64,000 bases of DNA, taken from NCBI GenBank assembly GCA_050117845.1, contig JASFLY010000005.1, forward strand, positions 1 through 64,000, read 5' to 3'. A program made the position numbers and the translations under genes. Position 1 is the stretch's first letter. Every line of letters starts with the position of its first letter. The notes beneath the pieces were generated by a model, which made no database searches, was not told the origin of the DNA, and saw nothing but the letters and a program-made list of their open reading frames with translations. Shown piece by piece: positions 30,460-39,271 of this stretch. Source of the DNA: Candidatus Zixiibacteriota bacterium. Lineage in GTDB: Bacteria; RBG-13-66-14; B26-G2; WVWN01.

Positions 30460-31569
30460 TTAGGACATTCCGGTAAGTTCGCCCTTTTCCATTAGCACGT
30501 CGCCGTCGATGGTGACCATCGGCTCGAAGACCAACATGTCCTGGTGGAAGGACGCCGAGTTGACGCCGCCCATGAAGCGGTTCTCGCCAATGGCGAGGTG
30601 TATCGTGCCCGTCATTTTCTCGTCGGTGAGCGTCGAACCGTAGGCGTCGATGACCGCGGGGTTGAGGCCGATGCCGAACTCGCCCAGCCGCAGGCAGTCG
30701 CCGTGGCCCGCTTCCACGAAGTCCGTGAAGACGTCGAAGCCCTCTTTGGCTTCCAGCGGTTTGGCGTCGCCGTCCTTGAACTCCAGCACGAGGTCCGAAA
30801 CGCGGCTGCCATGGATGAAGGTGCGGTCGATAACGACCCGGCCGTTGACCGATTCCTCCAGCGGCGCGGCGTAAACTTCGCCGGCCGGCACGTTGGCGAT
30901 GAGGGGGCCGTTGTCCTGGCCCGGGAATCCCAGGATGCCGTCGTCGACGAGGATCTTGCGGCCGGCTATGGAAAAGTTGAGATCGGTTCCCTTCTTCGAT
31001 TCGACTTTAACGTCTTTCTTGTCCTCCAGTTTTGCGTACACCGAACGCGCGCGTTCCCGCAACGCCTGCGGCGGCACTTCCACCGCGCGCCAGAAGAGCA
31101 GGTGGTATTTCTGGAAGTCGATGCCGTAGAAGTTGGCCTGCTCCACGGTCGGGAAATCGGTTACGATTACCCGGCGCTCCTTGGTGTAGTACAGCGCCTC
31201 CATAATGGGCTTGCTGCGTTTCTGGACGAGCGTCGCCCGCTCCGGCAGGAGTTGGCGGCTGAGCAGCGGATTGCGCCAGTTCGACTGAATCCGTATTACG
31301 ACGTTCGAACTCCGGATGACTTCGAGTAGGTGCGGCGGCGCCTCCGACAGCACTTCGGGCGGCGTCTCGTTCTCGATGCGAAGTTTGAATTCGTCGTTGG
31401 AGGCCACGATGATGGGGTGGCCCCCGGCCCGCGCGGCCTCGGTGCCTATGAGTTCGGCGTAGTATTGCGCGTCCGCCCGGGCGAGAATGAGTACGGTTTC
31501 ACCCGGTTTGATCTGGGCGTTTTCGTGGGTGACGTGCCGTGCGATCGTCGAGAAATCCGGTTTGTACAT
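30460..31569 (-). CDS. M29-type (thermophilic metalloprotease) aminopeptidase
   Basis: NVPAGEV, GEFGIG, DEK, HLAIG and HQD motifs. Confidence 0.88.
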   Translation of the reverse strand: MYKPDFSTIARHVTHENAQIKPGETVLILARADAQYYAELIGTEAARAGGHPIIVASNDEFKLRIENETPPEVLSEAPPHLLEVIRSSNVVIRIQSNWRNPLLSRQLLPERATLVQKRSKPIMEALYYTKERRVIVTDFPTVEQANFYGIDFQKYHLLFWRAVEVPPQALRERARSVYAKLEDKKDVKVESKKGTDLNFSIAGRKILVDDGILGFPGQDNGPLIANVPAGEVYAAPLEESVNGRVVIDRTFIHGSRVSDLVLEFKDGDAKPLEAKEGFDVFTDFVEAGHGDCLRLGEFGIGLNPAVIDAYGSTLTDEKMTGTIHLAIGENRFMGGVNSASFHQDMLVFEPMVTIDGDVLMEKGELTGMS

Positions 31570-31595
31570 AAAGAGCCGCTCCGCAGGTTAAAAAG

Positions 31596-32693
31596 TTAAA
31601 CTAAAAGTTCGCCGTCGGCCATTAGCAACTCGCCGTCGCAAGTCACCCGGGGCCCGAGTATAATCATATCCTGGTGGATGGATGAAGTGTTGTTTCCGCC
31701 CATCGTGCGGTTGTCGCCCAGCGCCAGGTGCACCGTACCCGAAATCTTCTCGTCCATTAGGATGGACCCGAAGGGTTCCTTCAAACTCGGGTTGGCGCCG
31801 ATGCCGAGTTCGGCGATGACGTACGGATCGCCGGTCCCGCTGTCGAAGTACTCTGCGGCGCGTTCGAGCCCTTCGGCCGCGGACACGAAGGTCGCCCGGC
31901 CTTCTGAAAAATGGACCTCGAGGTCGCGCACGCGGCGGCCGCCGACGAACGCGAAATCGAAGACGACTTTCCCCTCGGCCCCGTCTTCCCGCGGCGCCAG
32001 GCAAACCTCGCCCGAGGGGATGTTGAGCATGGGGTCGCGTTCGTTTTCCCCCGGCAGGCCGACGAGGCCGTCGTCGGCGTAGACCCGGCGGCCCTCGATG
32101 TTCAGCGTCACGTCCGTTCCCTTGGGCGACGTGATGTGCACTTTTTTCGTGCCCTCGACGAACGCGGCGAGTTCGGCCACGTGGCGCCGGAGCGCGTCGT
32201 AGTCTATGTCCACCGCCTGCCAGAAGGCGTCGTGATAGGCCTCGTACGGTACGTCGAAGAACTCCGCCTGGGCGGAGGTGGGCCAGTCCGTGATGATAAC
32301 GCGGCGCCGGCCGTCGTATAGTACTTCCTGGAAAGGAACCCGGCCGCGCATATAGGCCGCGATTTTATCCCCGGCCACGTCCGCCATCACCGCCGGGTTT
32401 TGATACTGGCAATAGAGGGTGATCATTACGTCGGTGTGTTTCATCAGGTTCACGAGGTGCTCGGCGGGGCGGGAGAGGTCGGCGGCGGCCGCCTCGTGGA
32501 ACGTCCGGATCTCCGCTTTTTCCCGGCGCGTGACGTTCAAGGGAACGGCGCCCCGGCGGTAGCATTCCACGATGAGCGCGTCCGCCAGCTCGAAGAGCTG
32601 GTCGTGGGAGAAGACAGTAACCATCTCGCCTTCCCGGAGGCGGCTGCAATCGGCGAGAAGGGAGGCTATTCGTTCGAAATTGGGTTTTATCAT
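31596..32693 (-). CDS. M29-type aminopeptidase, tandem paralog
   Basis: NIPSGEV, AELGIG, DEK, HLALG and HQD motifs. Confidence 0.88.
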   Translation of the reverse strand: MIKPNFERIASLLADCSRLREGEMVTVFSHDQLFELADALIVECYRRGAVPLNVTRREKAEIRTFHEAAAADLSRPAEHLVNLMKHTDVMITLYCQYQNPAVMADVAGDKIAAYMRGRVPFQEVLYDGRRRVIITDWPTSAQAEFFDVPYEAYHDAFWQAVDIDYDALRRHVAELAAFVEGTKKVHITSPKGTDVTLNIEGRRVYADDGLVGLPGENERDPMLNIPSGEVCLAPREDGAEGKVVFDFAFVGGRRVRDLEVHFSEGRATFVSAAEGLERAAEYFDSGTGDPYVIAELGIGANPSLKEPFGSILMDEKISGTVHLALGDNRTMGGNNTSSIHQDMIILGPRVTCDGELLMADGELLV

Positions 32694-32694
32694 T

Positions 32695-33231
32695 TTATTT
32701 TAACTCGAGGATGGTAAGTTTATCGTTGGTGTAAAGGTCTATCCCGGCCGAGGCCAGCAGGCTCTCTCGGCAAATCTCGGCCGCCGAAAGGTCGGTGTGC
32801 TTCAGCAGTACGCGGGCCGCAGCCATGGCGTACGGGCCGCCCGACCCCATGGCTATTATGCCGTCGTCCGGCTCGAGTACGTCGCCGGCGCCGGTGATGA
32901 GGTACGAGTGTTCCCGGTTGACCGCGGCGATGAGGGCGTCCAGCTGTCGCAGCATTTTATCCGTGCGCCACGTTTTGGCCAATTCCACGGCCGCCTTCGG
33001 CATGTTCCCGGGGTATTTCTTGAGCTGCTCCTCGAGGCGTTCGAAGAGGGCCAACGCGTCGGCGGTGGCCCCGGCGAAGCCGCATAGGACCTTCCCGTCC
33101 AGCATGTCCCGGACCTTGACGGCCCCGGCCTTCAGTATGGTATCGCCGACCGTAACCTGGCCGTCGGCGCCGAGCGCGACGTCGTCGCCGCGCCGAACCG
33201 AAAGTACCGTCGTGCCGTGGAGTTTGGTCAT
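32695..33231 (-). CDS. hslV: ATP-dependent protease peptidase subunit HslV
   Basis: HGTT N-terminal Thr; ADGQVT, GFAGATADA and GSGG motifs. Confidence 0.96.
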   Translation of the reverse strand: MTKLHGTTVLSVRRGDDVALGADGQVTVGDTILKAGAVKVRDMLDGKVLCGFAGATADALALFERLEEQLKKYPGNMPKAAVELAKTWRTDKMLRQLDALIAAVNREHSYLITGAGDVLEPDDGIIAMGSGGPYAMAAARVLLKHTDLSAAEICRESLLASAGIDLYTNDKLTILELK

Positions 33232-33478
33232 ATCTTCCCTCGTCGTTTTCGCGGAGGGGATTATTATTGTGTTGATTTACGCCGCCGTCGGGGCGGCGGT
33301 TTAGCTTAACACGTAGCGCCGCGCATTACCACCCCGCGGTCGAGGTTCGTCGGGCGCTTAATTTCCGATTTCGATATTCAGGGGAGTCGGGCGAACGGGG
33401 ATTTGGGGTACCGGAGAAACGCCCGACCGTTAAACAGCCCGTATTATACATTAAATGTGAGTTCGGGGAAACTCTTTT

Positions 33479-34441
33479 CTATTCTTCGCCCTCGCCTTTA
33501 TCGCCGCGGCCCGAGGCGTGGGGATGGTATTTGTCGTACACTTTTCGGAGGCGGCCGGTAGTGACGTGGGCGTAAATGGCGGTGGTCGCGACGTTTTCGT
33601 GCCCCAGAAGTTCCCGAATGGTCTCGATGTCGGCCCCGGCGTCGAGCATATGGGTCGCGAAGGTGTGGCGCCAGGTGTGGGGGCTGGTCCCCGGCCCCCC
33701 CGTCCGGGCCACGAGGCGGTGGACGCTCCGGGCCGTCAGGCCCGTCCCGCGGTTATTCAAAAAAAGCTTCTTCTCGCCGGCCGCCGGTTTCAATAGCTTG
33801 CGTTTGCCGAGGTACTCGGAGACGGCGGCGGCGGCCTTGGCGCCGGTCGGTACCACCCGCGTTTTGTCCCCCTTGCCCGTAACGGTTACGAGTTCGCGTT
33901 TCGTATCGACGTCCCCCAGTTCCAGGCCGACGAGTTCGCCCACGCGGACGCCGGCTCCATACAGAAGCTCGAGGATCGCCCAGTCGCGGAGCGCGATGGC
34001 CGCGGCCCGTTCCCGGGCGCGCCGCGTTTTATGGCGGGTCGTCGGCGTTTGCCGGGCCCCGGCTTCCGCCCGGTCGAGGACGGCGGCGGCCTCGTCCACG
34101 TTCAGGTAGGTCGGCAGGTCCGCGGAGAACTTGGGCGTCCGCAGGGCCTCGGCCGGGTTTTCCTCGATCAGGCCATGCTGGCGCAGGTATTTGTAAAATT
34201 TACGAAGGGAGGATATCTTGCGGGCCAGCGAGCGGGGCGAGACGCCTTCCTCCCGTAAGTTGACCAAAAAATGGCGCAGGTCAAGCGTCCCGTACTCCCG
34301 GACGTTGCGGCCGGGATCGTACTCGGCGGCGAAGGCGGCGAATTGCTTCAGGTCGCCGGCGTAACTCCGAACGGTGTGGGGCGACGCCCGTACGACGTCG
34401 GTCAGGTAAGCCAGAAAGGATGCGATGTCGTCATCGGCCAT
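33479..34441 (-). CDS. xerC: Tyrosine recombinase XerC-type
   Basis: RVGEL, GKGDK, HTWRHTFATH, LLGH and Y motifs; xerC-hslV synteny. Confidence 0.85.
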   Translation of the reverse strand: MADDDIASFLAYLTDVVRASPHTVRSYAGDLKQFAAFAAEYDPGRNVREYGTLDLRHFLVNLREEGVSPRSLARKISSLRKFYKYLRQHGLIEENPAEALRTPKFSADLPTYLNVDEAAAVLDRAEAGARQTPTTRHKTRRARERAAAIALRDWAILELLYGAGVRVGELVGLELGDVDTKRELVTVTGKGDKTRVVPTGAKAAAAVSEYLGKRKLLKPAAGEKKLFLNNRGTGLTARSVHRLVARTGGPGTSPHTWRHTFATHMLDAGADIETIRELLGHENVATTAIYAHVTTGRLRKVYDKYHPHASGRGDKGEGEE

Positions 34442-34445
34442 GGCG

Positions 34446-35159
34446 CTATCCGGGGCGGCGCTCGGGCCGGAAGATGCGGCTTTCGGGGATTCCGAAAAGC
34501 TCGATCATCTGCAGCGGATACTCCAACTCGAAGAGTTCGTCGCGCCGATGGGCGTCCGACCCGACGGCGAAATTGAGGCCCATGTCGAACGCCAGCTTGA
34601 TTTGCGGCGGCCGGGGAACCATCCAGCGGCCGCTTATTTCGACCGCGATGCCGCGCTCGGCCGCGGCGGCCCAGACGGAGCACGTGCGCTCCTCGTTCCA
34701 CATCTCTTCGTAGAGATCGGCGAAACGGTTCGGCAGGTACGTGGGATGGGCGAGTACGTCCATGGGGTCGCCGACGAGTGCCGCCAACGTCGTTTCCATG
34801 TAGGCGGATACGAAATCGGCCGGGTCCTCGGGATACCAGGCGCCCCAGAAGAAGCACTTCTTCCCGCCTACGGTCACGGCGTGAAGTCCCCCCAGCAGGT
34901 AGTCGAGGCGCGCCAGCCGGTCCGGCCCCACCGGGATATCCTCGCCGATACAGTACTCGGCGCCCAGAAGTAGGTCGTAGCCGCGAACGTCCTCGACGTA
35001 ATCGTCGAAGGCCCCCGGCTCGAACATTTTATGGTAGGGCGAGAGGTGGTCGCAGATGCCGGCCGTGACCCGGGACCGCCGGGCCTTACGGGCGACCTCG
35101 GCGACGGTGAGTGTGCTGTCGGAGTGGGTCGTGTGGATGTGGAGGTCGATTTTACGCAT
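34446..35159 (-). CDS. PHP-domain phosphoesterase
   Basis: DLHIHT, CDH, AHP and GSDAH motifs. Confidence 0.85.
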   Translation of the reverse strand: MRKIDLHIHTTHSDSTLTVAEVARKARRSRVTAGICDHLSPYHKMFEPGAFDDYVEDVRGYDLLLGAEYCIGEDIPVGPDRLARLDYLLGGLHAVTVGGKKCFFWGAWYPEDPADFVSAYMETTLAALVGDPMDVLAHPTYLPNRFADLYEEMWNEERTCSVWAAAAERGIAVEISGRWMVPRPPQIKLAFDMGLNFAVGSDAHRRDELFELEYPLQMIELFGIPESRIFRPERRPG

Positions 35160-35196
35160 CCGGTTTCGGGCCTCGGCGCCGGCGGGGAGGAGCGGC

Positions 35197-36174
35197 CTAT
35201 CGCAAACCGGGATCGGAATAGAGCGCGACCGGCCGCGAGAATCCGGATACGGAGTCGTAGTCGCCGGCTTCGCCCGTGCTGCCCTCGAGTTTGGATATCT
35301 CGAAGGCGTACGAGTCGGCGACCCACAACGACATGTCGTACGTGTTGGCCGCCAGGGCCGTCGGTTCGGCGAAGTCCTCGTTCGACCAGCGGAGGGTCCC
35401 GTTAGCCTTGAGCGATACGATTCTCCCGGCGGCCGAGTCGGCGGCGAAGCATACGCCGGTCCCGGTATTGACGGCGATGGAGTCCGGCGCGGCGAGTTCG
35501 GTCGATACGGCCAGGACGTTCCCCGTAGGCGAGACCCGGACGATCCGGCCGTTGCCGGTATCCGCGACCCAGAGGCGGCCGGAGCCGCCGTCGAAGGCCA
35601 GCGCCGCCGGCCTGTCGTACCCGTAGAAGGTTTGGATCTTGTTGCCTTGGCGGTCGCACCGGACTATGGTGGAGGCGCAAGCAACGTAAACGTCGCCGTT
35701 GGTGGGGTCGACCGCGGCGGCGGCCGGGTTGTCGAGGCCGGCGAGTTCCGCCCGGATGGTCCCGCGTTCGGTTAGTTTATATATCTTCCCGTTCAGGCCG
35801 TCGACGACCCACACGGAACTTTCCTTCGGAGAGAACGCCATCGCGACCGGTTCGCCGAAGCCGTAGAGCGTTTTTTCGACGACGGCGCGCGCGCTGAGCC
35901 GGAAGACCCGGCCTCCGTCGGCGTCCGTTACCCAGCAATATCCCTTATACGGGTCGAAGATGACCGCGGAAGGCCGGCCCAGGTCCGGCGAAGTGGCTTT
36001 GACGGCCGCGCCGCCGACGCCCACCTTATAAACCCGGCCCCGGTCCTCGTCCGCGACCCAGGTCGTCCCGGGGTCCGAGGTCTTGGCTTCCAGGACGGTT
36101 TCGGCGCACGCCGATAACAATACCGCCGCGGCGGCCGCGGTTATCATTGTACCCTGGATTATTTTCTTTCTCAT
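35197..36174 (-). CDS. NHL-repeat beta-propeller lipoprotein
   Basis: Lipobox LSAC; repeated P-x-A-x-A...WVAD...GRI units. Confidence 0.8.
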   Translation of the reverse strand: MRKKIIQGTMITAAAAAVLLSACAETVLEAKTSDPGTTWVADEDRGRVYKVGVGGAAVKATSPDLGRPSAVIFDPYKGYCWVTDADGGRVFRLSARAVVEKTLYGFGEPVAMAFSPKESSVWVVDGLNGKIYKLTERGTIRAELAGLDNPAAAAVDPTNGDVYVACASTIVRCDRQGNKIQTFYGYDRPAALAFDGGSGRLWVADTGNGRIVRVSPTGNVLAVSTELAAPDSIAVNTGTGVCFAADSAAGRIVSLKANGTLRWSNEDFAEPTALAANTYDMSLWVADSYAFEISKLEGSTGEAGDYDSVSGFSRPVALYSDPGLR

Positions 36175-36480
36175 CGTGGTAAAAATAACATAGAGGCCAC
36201 CGTATATCAATTACCATTTGGGGGTGCCGTCGGACGTGCGGAGCGGTAGATGACGTTCAAATTCAATCAATAACCACTATTATTTGACCCCGCCCTTGCT
36301 TTCTGGTAGTAATTAATAAGTAGGATTCCGGAATTTAACAGAGCGGCCGTCCCGAACGAGTGGGGAAGGGGGCGTCGGGACGAGTCGGGTAATTGTAATC
36401 TTTTTCGCCAAGCCGGCCGACGTGCGCCTTGTGCTTGAATTACTCCGGCAGGAGTCGTATATTGGCGGTCCGGGACAACG

Positions 36481-37227
36481 ATGCTGGACACGATTTCGGT
36501 AGACACAACGCTCGTCGCGGCTTCGGCCGCGGGCATAGTAGCAATCGCGATAATCGCTTTCTCGTGGTTTCAACTCCGGCGTTTGACGAAGCGCGTCAAA
36601 CGATTGGAGTACGACCGGGACGACGCGTCGGCGCGGGCGGCCGCTATTACCCGGCCCCGGCCGCAGGCCCCTCCCGATTTGAAGTTGTCCCTGCGGCCCT
36701 GCACCGACGTGGCCGCGCCGGCCGATTTCGTTATCCACGGCCTGAACGCTTCGGGTTTCGTCCCCGTCGAAATGAACGGCGCCGGCCCCGGCCACCTGGT
36801 AGTGCTGGTTCTACTCATTACGAACGTGGGGCGCGACCCGTTGCTTCTGCGGCGGCCTTACCTCGTCTTCGGCCTGGGCGGCGGGGCGACCAAACTTGAG
36901 CCGCCGGCGACCATCGCCACCCTCGGCCGCCTGTCGTTCTACGACGCGGCGTCGCGGGACCGACTGCCGTTGGGCTCCGTCCGGGACGGCCTACTCGAGC
37001 GGATCGTAAGGGAGTATTCGCTCAACCGGCCGGCCCTGGAACTCAAGCCGTTCCAGCCGGTCGTATCGTACGCCGCGTTCATGCCCGGCCGGTTGGAAAA
37101 CTTGCCGGTGTTCCGGGAGGGCGCGATGGATTTCGGCGTGGGGTTCTACAGCTCGGCCGGGTGGCACCAGTACGGCGGTTTCCGGGCCCACCCGTTCCGT
37201 AACCTGGACGTCACTTATTACCGATAA
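36481..37227 (+). CDS. Membrane-anchored hypothetical protein
   Basis: N-terminal TM helix, 248 aa. Confidence 0.5.
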   Translation: MLDTISVDTTLVAASAAGIVAIAIIAFSWFQLRRLTKRVKRLEYDRDDASARAAAITRPRPQAPPDLKLSLRPCTDVAAPADFVIHGLNASGFVPVEMNGAGPGHLVVLVLLITNVGRDPLLLRRPYLVFGLGGGATKLEPPATIATLGRLSFYDAASRDRLPLGSVRDGLLERIVREYSLNRPALELKPFQPVVSYAAFMPGRLENLPVFREGAMDFGVGFYSSAGWHQYGGFRAHPFRNLDVTYYR

Positions 37228-37253
37228 CCGGAAAGTACGAAGGGGGTAAGGCC

Positions 37254-37856
37254 GTGTTTCGGAAATGGGGTATGGCGGCGTTGGCCGCGGCCGCGTTGTT
37301 CGCGGCGTGCAGCGAGGACCCGGCCGGCCCGGCCTCGCGGGGAGAATCCTACTGGCCCGCGGCCGACCGGACGAGCTGGCTGATGCGGGGCCGGTGGCAG
37401 GACCTCAGCGGCGGGAACGCCGGCGGCGAGTTCGGCATCGAGACGACCGTCGCCGGGACGAGTTACGACGGCGAGGGCAGGCCGGTTAAAAAGTGGCTCG
37501 CCAGCGAGGTCGACGGCTATTATTACGTACGCGTGGCCGGCGGCGAGGTATGGGCCAACTGGACCGAGACAAACCCGAAGGCGAATTACCATCTGTGGTT
37601 GAAACTCCCGCCCGAGGACGGCCAGTACTGGGAGGACTACCGGTACCGCGTATCGGTGCACGGGCCGTTCGAATTGAGCGTTCCTTTCGGCGACTACGGC
37701 GACGTTTACCGGGCCCGCTACGATTACGTCGGGGAACCGGGCCATTACGAAATTTGGTGGTACGCCGCCGGCGTGGGGTGCATTAAGTACGAGCACTACC
37801 TGCCCGGCGAAAAGCACGAAATGGTGGAACTCGTGGAATTCACGCCCGGCTCGTAA
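37254..37856 (+). CDS. Hypothetical lipoprotein
   Basis: Lipobox FAAC; VPFG-Y...WYAAGVGCIK motif. Confidence 0.7.
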   Translation: MFRKWGMAALAAAALFAACSEDPAGPASRGESYWPAADRTSWLMRGRWQDLSGGNAGGEFGIETTVAGTSYDGEGRPVKKWLASEVDGYYYVRVAGGEVWANWTETNPKANYHLWLKLPPEDGQYWEDYRYRVSVHGPFELSVPFGDYGDVYRARYDYVGEPGHYEIWWYAAGVGCIKYEHYLPGEKHEMVELVEFTPGS

Positions 37857-37952
37857 GCGCCGGCGAGAGGTAAACGACGGGGAGAAAACGGGAGCGCGTG
37901 CGCGGCGCTCCCGTTTTCTTACGTCAACGGCTATCCGGGGCGAAGGGGCGCC

Positions 37953-38762
37953 GTGCTCGAAAAAATAAAAAAGGGTATCCCCACGATGGGGTTAATACTG
38001 GCCGTGGCGGCGGCGGTGGCATTCGTGGTCTACGTGCACGTCTACTATCGGGGCGTACCTAAACCCATAGAACACATTTCGCCGTTCCACGCCAAGGTGT
38101 GCGTCGTGCCGGTTGGGGAAGTGCCCGAGGCCGACGTCGCCTTCGTCTGCGACGTGCTCGAGGCGCACCTGGGCCGCGAGGTCGTCGTCCGTGAGCCGTT
38201 GCCCCTCCAGGACGAGTATTACGATCCGGCCCGCGACCAGTACAGCGCCGGCGGATTACTCACTTACGTCGAGGCCAACGCGCCGGCGGAATCGTACCGC
38301 GTCGTCGGCGTTACGGCTGCGGACATCACCGTCTCGCAATTGAATTTCGTCTTCGGCCTCGCCCGTTGTCCGGGGAAATGTACGGTGATGTCGACGTATC
38401 GCCTCGGCCGCTATTGCGACAGCGACGAACAGCGGCTGGTTCGTTTCGCGAAGCTGATAATCCACGAAACCGGCCACACCTTCGGCCTGGCCCACTGCCG
38501 CCAGCGGCGTTGCGCCATGAAGTTCGCCGAGGGGTATGTGACGATGGACGAGCAAAGGCCGGCCTTCTGCGAACGGTGCGAGCTGCGTTTCTGCACCATT
38601 GCCGCGCAGGACCCGGCGGAGCGTCGGGACCGGCTCGAGGCGGTATTCGGGAAGTACGGTTTGATGGAGGAGGTGGGCGTTCCCGCCGGCCTTACGCCCG
38701 CGCCGGCGCCCTTCGACCCTACGCCGGAGGAGGGCATAAAATCCATCCGGGCCCACCGCTAG
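37953..38762 (+). CDS. Archaemetzincin (M54) Zn metalloprotease, membrane-anchored
   Basis: HETGHTFGLAHC...CAM...FCERC; LNFVFGLA. Confidence 0.88.
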   Translation: MLEKIKKGIPTMGLILAVAAAVAFVVYVHVYYRGVPKPIEHISPFHAKVCVVPVGEVPEADVAFVCDVLEAHLGREVVVREPLPLQDEYYDPARDQYSAGGLLTYVEANAPAESYRVVGVTAADITVSQLNFVFGLARCPGKCTVMSTYRLGRYCDSDEQRLVRFAKLIIHETGHTFGLAHCRQRRCAMKFAEGYVTMDEQRPAFCERCELRFCTIAAQDPAERRDRLEAVFGKYGLMEEVGVPAGLTPAPAPFDPTPEEGIKSIRAHR

Positions 38763-38793
38763 GGGGGACGGCGGCCGCGAGCCGCCTTTTTTC

Positions 38794-39219
38794 TTAATAG
38801 CGGAGGTCGATGTGGATTAGTACGACTTTTCTTTTAAGCGTAATCTTGGCGTCGTCGAACTCGGCCGCGTGGGCGGCGTCGCCGGCGTTGTTCGACGCTC
38901 CCGTGGCTTCCACCGGAACCTTGAAGAAGTTGAGGTCCACGATGCCGTTGCCGTTCTCGTCGTGGTGGACGGCGACGGCGTACGTTCCGTACGGGAGGTC
39001 GGTAAACGTTACCTGCGCCTCGCCGTTACGGATCTCGACGTCCGCCGTTTTATAGGCCAGCACGTAATTATCCGGAAAGCCGTTCTCGGACCTGAATATC
39101 GCGAAACGGGCCACGCCGGCGTCGGTCTTGAAGTTCTCGACGATGACCGTTATCTCCCCCCGCGACGCCGTAAGTTGGGCGGCGGCAACGCCCGCGACGG
39201 CCAGGCAGAGCATTCCCAC
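38794..39219 (-). CDS. DUF2141 family secreted protein
   Basis: LPYGTYAVAVHHDENGNG...P-E-GASNN. Confidence 0.85.
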   Translation of the reverse strand: MGMLCLAVAGVAAAQLTASRGEITVIVENFKTDAGVARFAIFRSENGFPDNYVLAYKTADVEIRNGEAQVTFTDLPYGTYAVAVHHDENGNGIVDLNFFKVPVEATGASNNAGDAAHAAEFDDAKITLKRKVVLIHIDLRY

Positions 39220-39271
39220 TACGAACGCGTTTCTTATCTTTCCTCCCGGTCTTGGTGGATTAAGTTCCGGG

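Noticed and set aside
33479..34441. Integrase of a mobile element or integron
   Set aside because: The sequence and hslV synteny fit chromosomal XerC. No IntI-specific insertion, att sites or cargo boundaries were seen.
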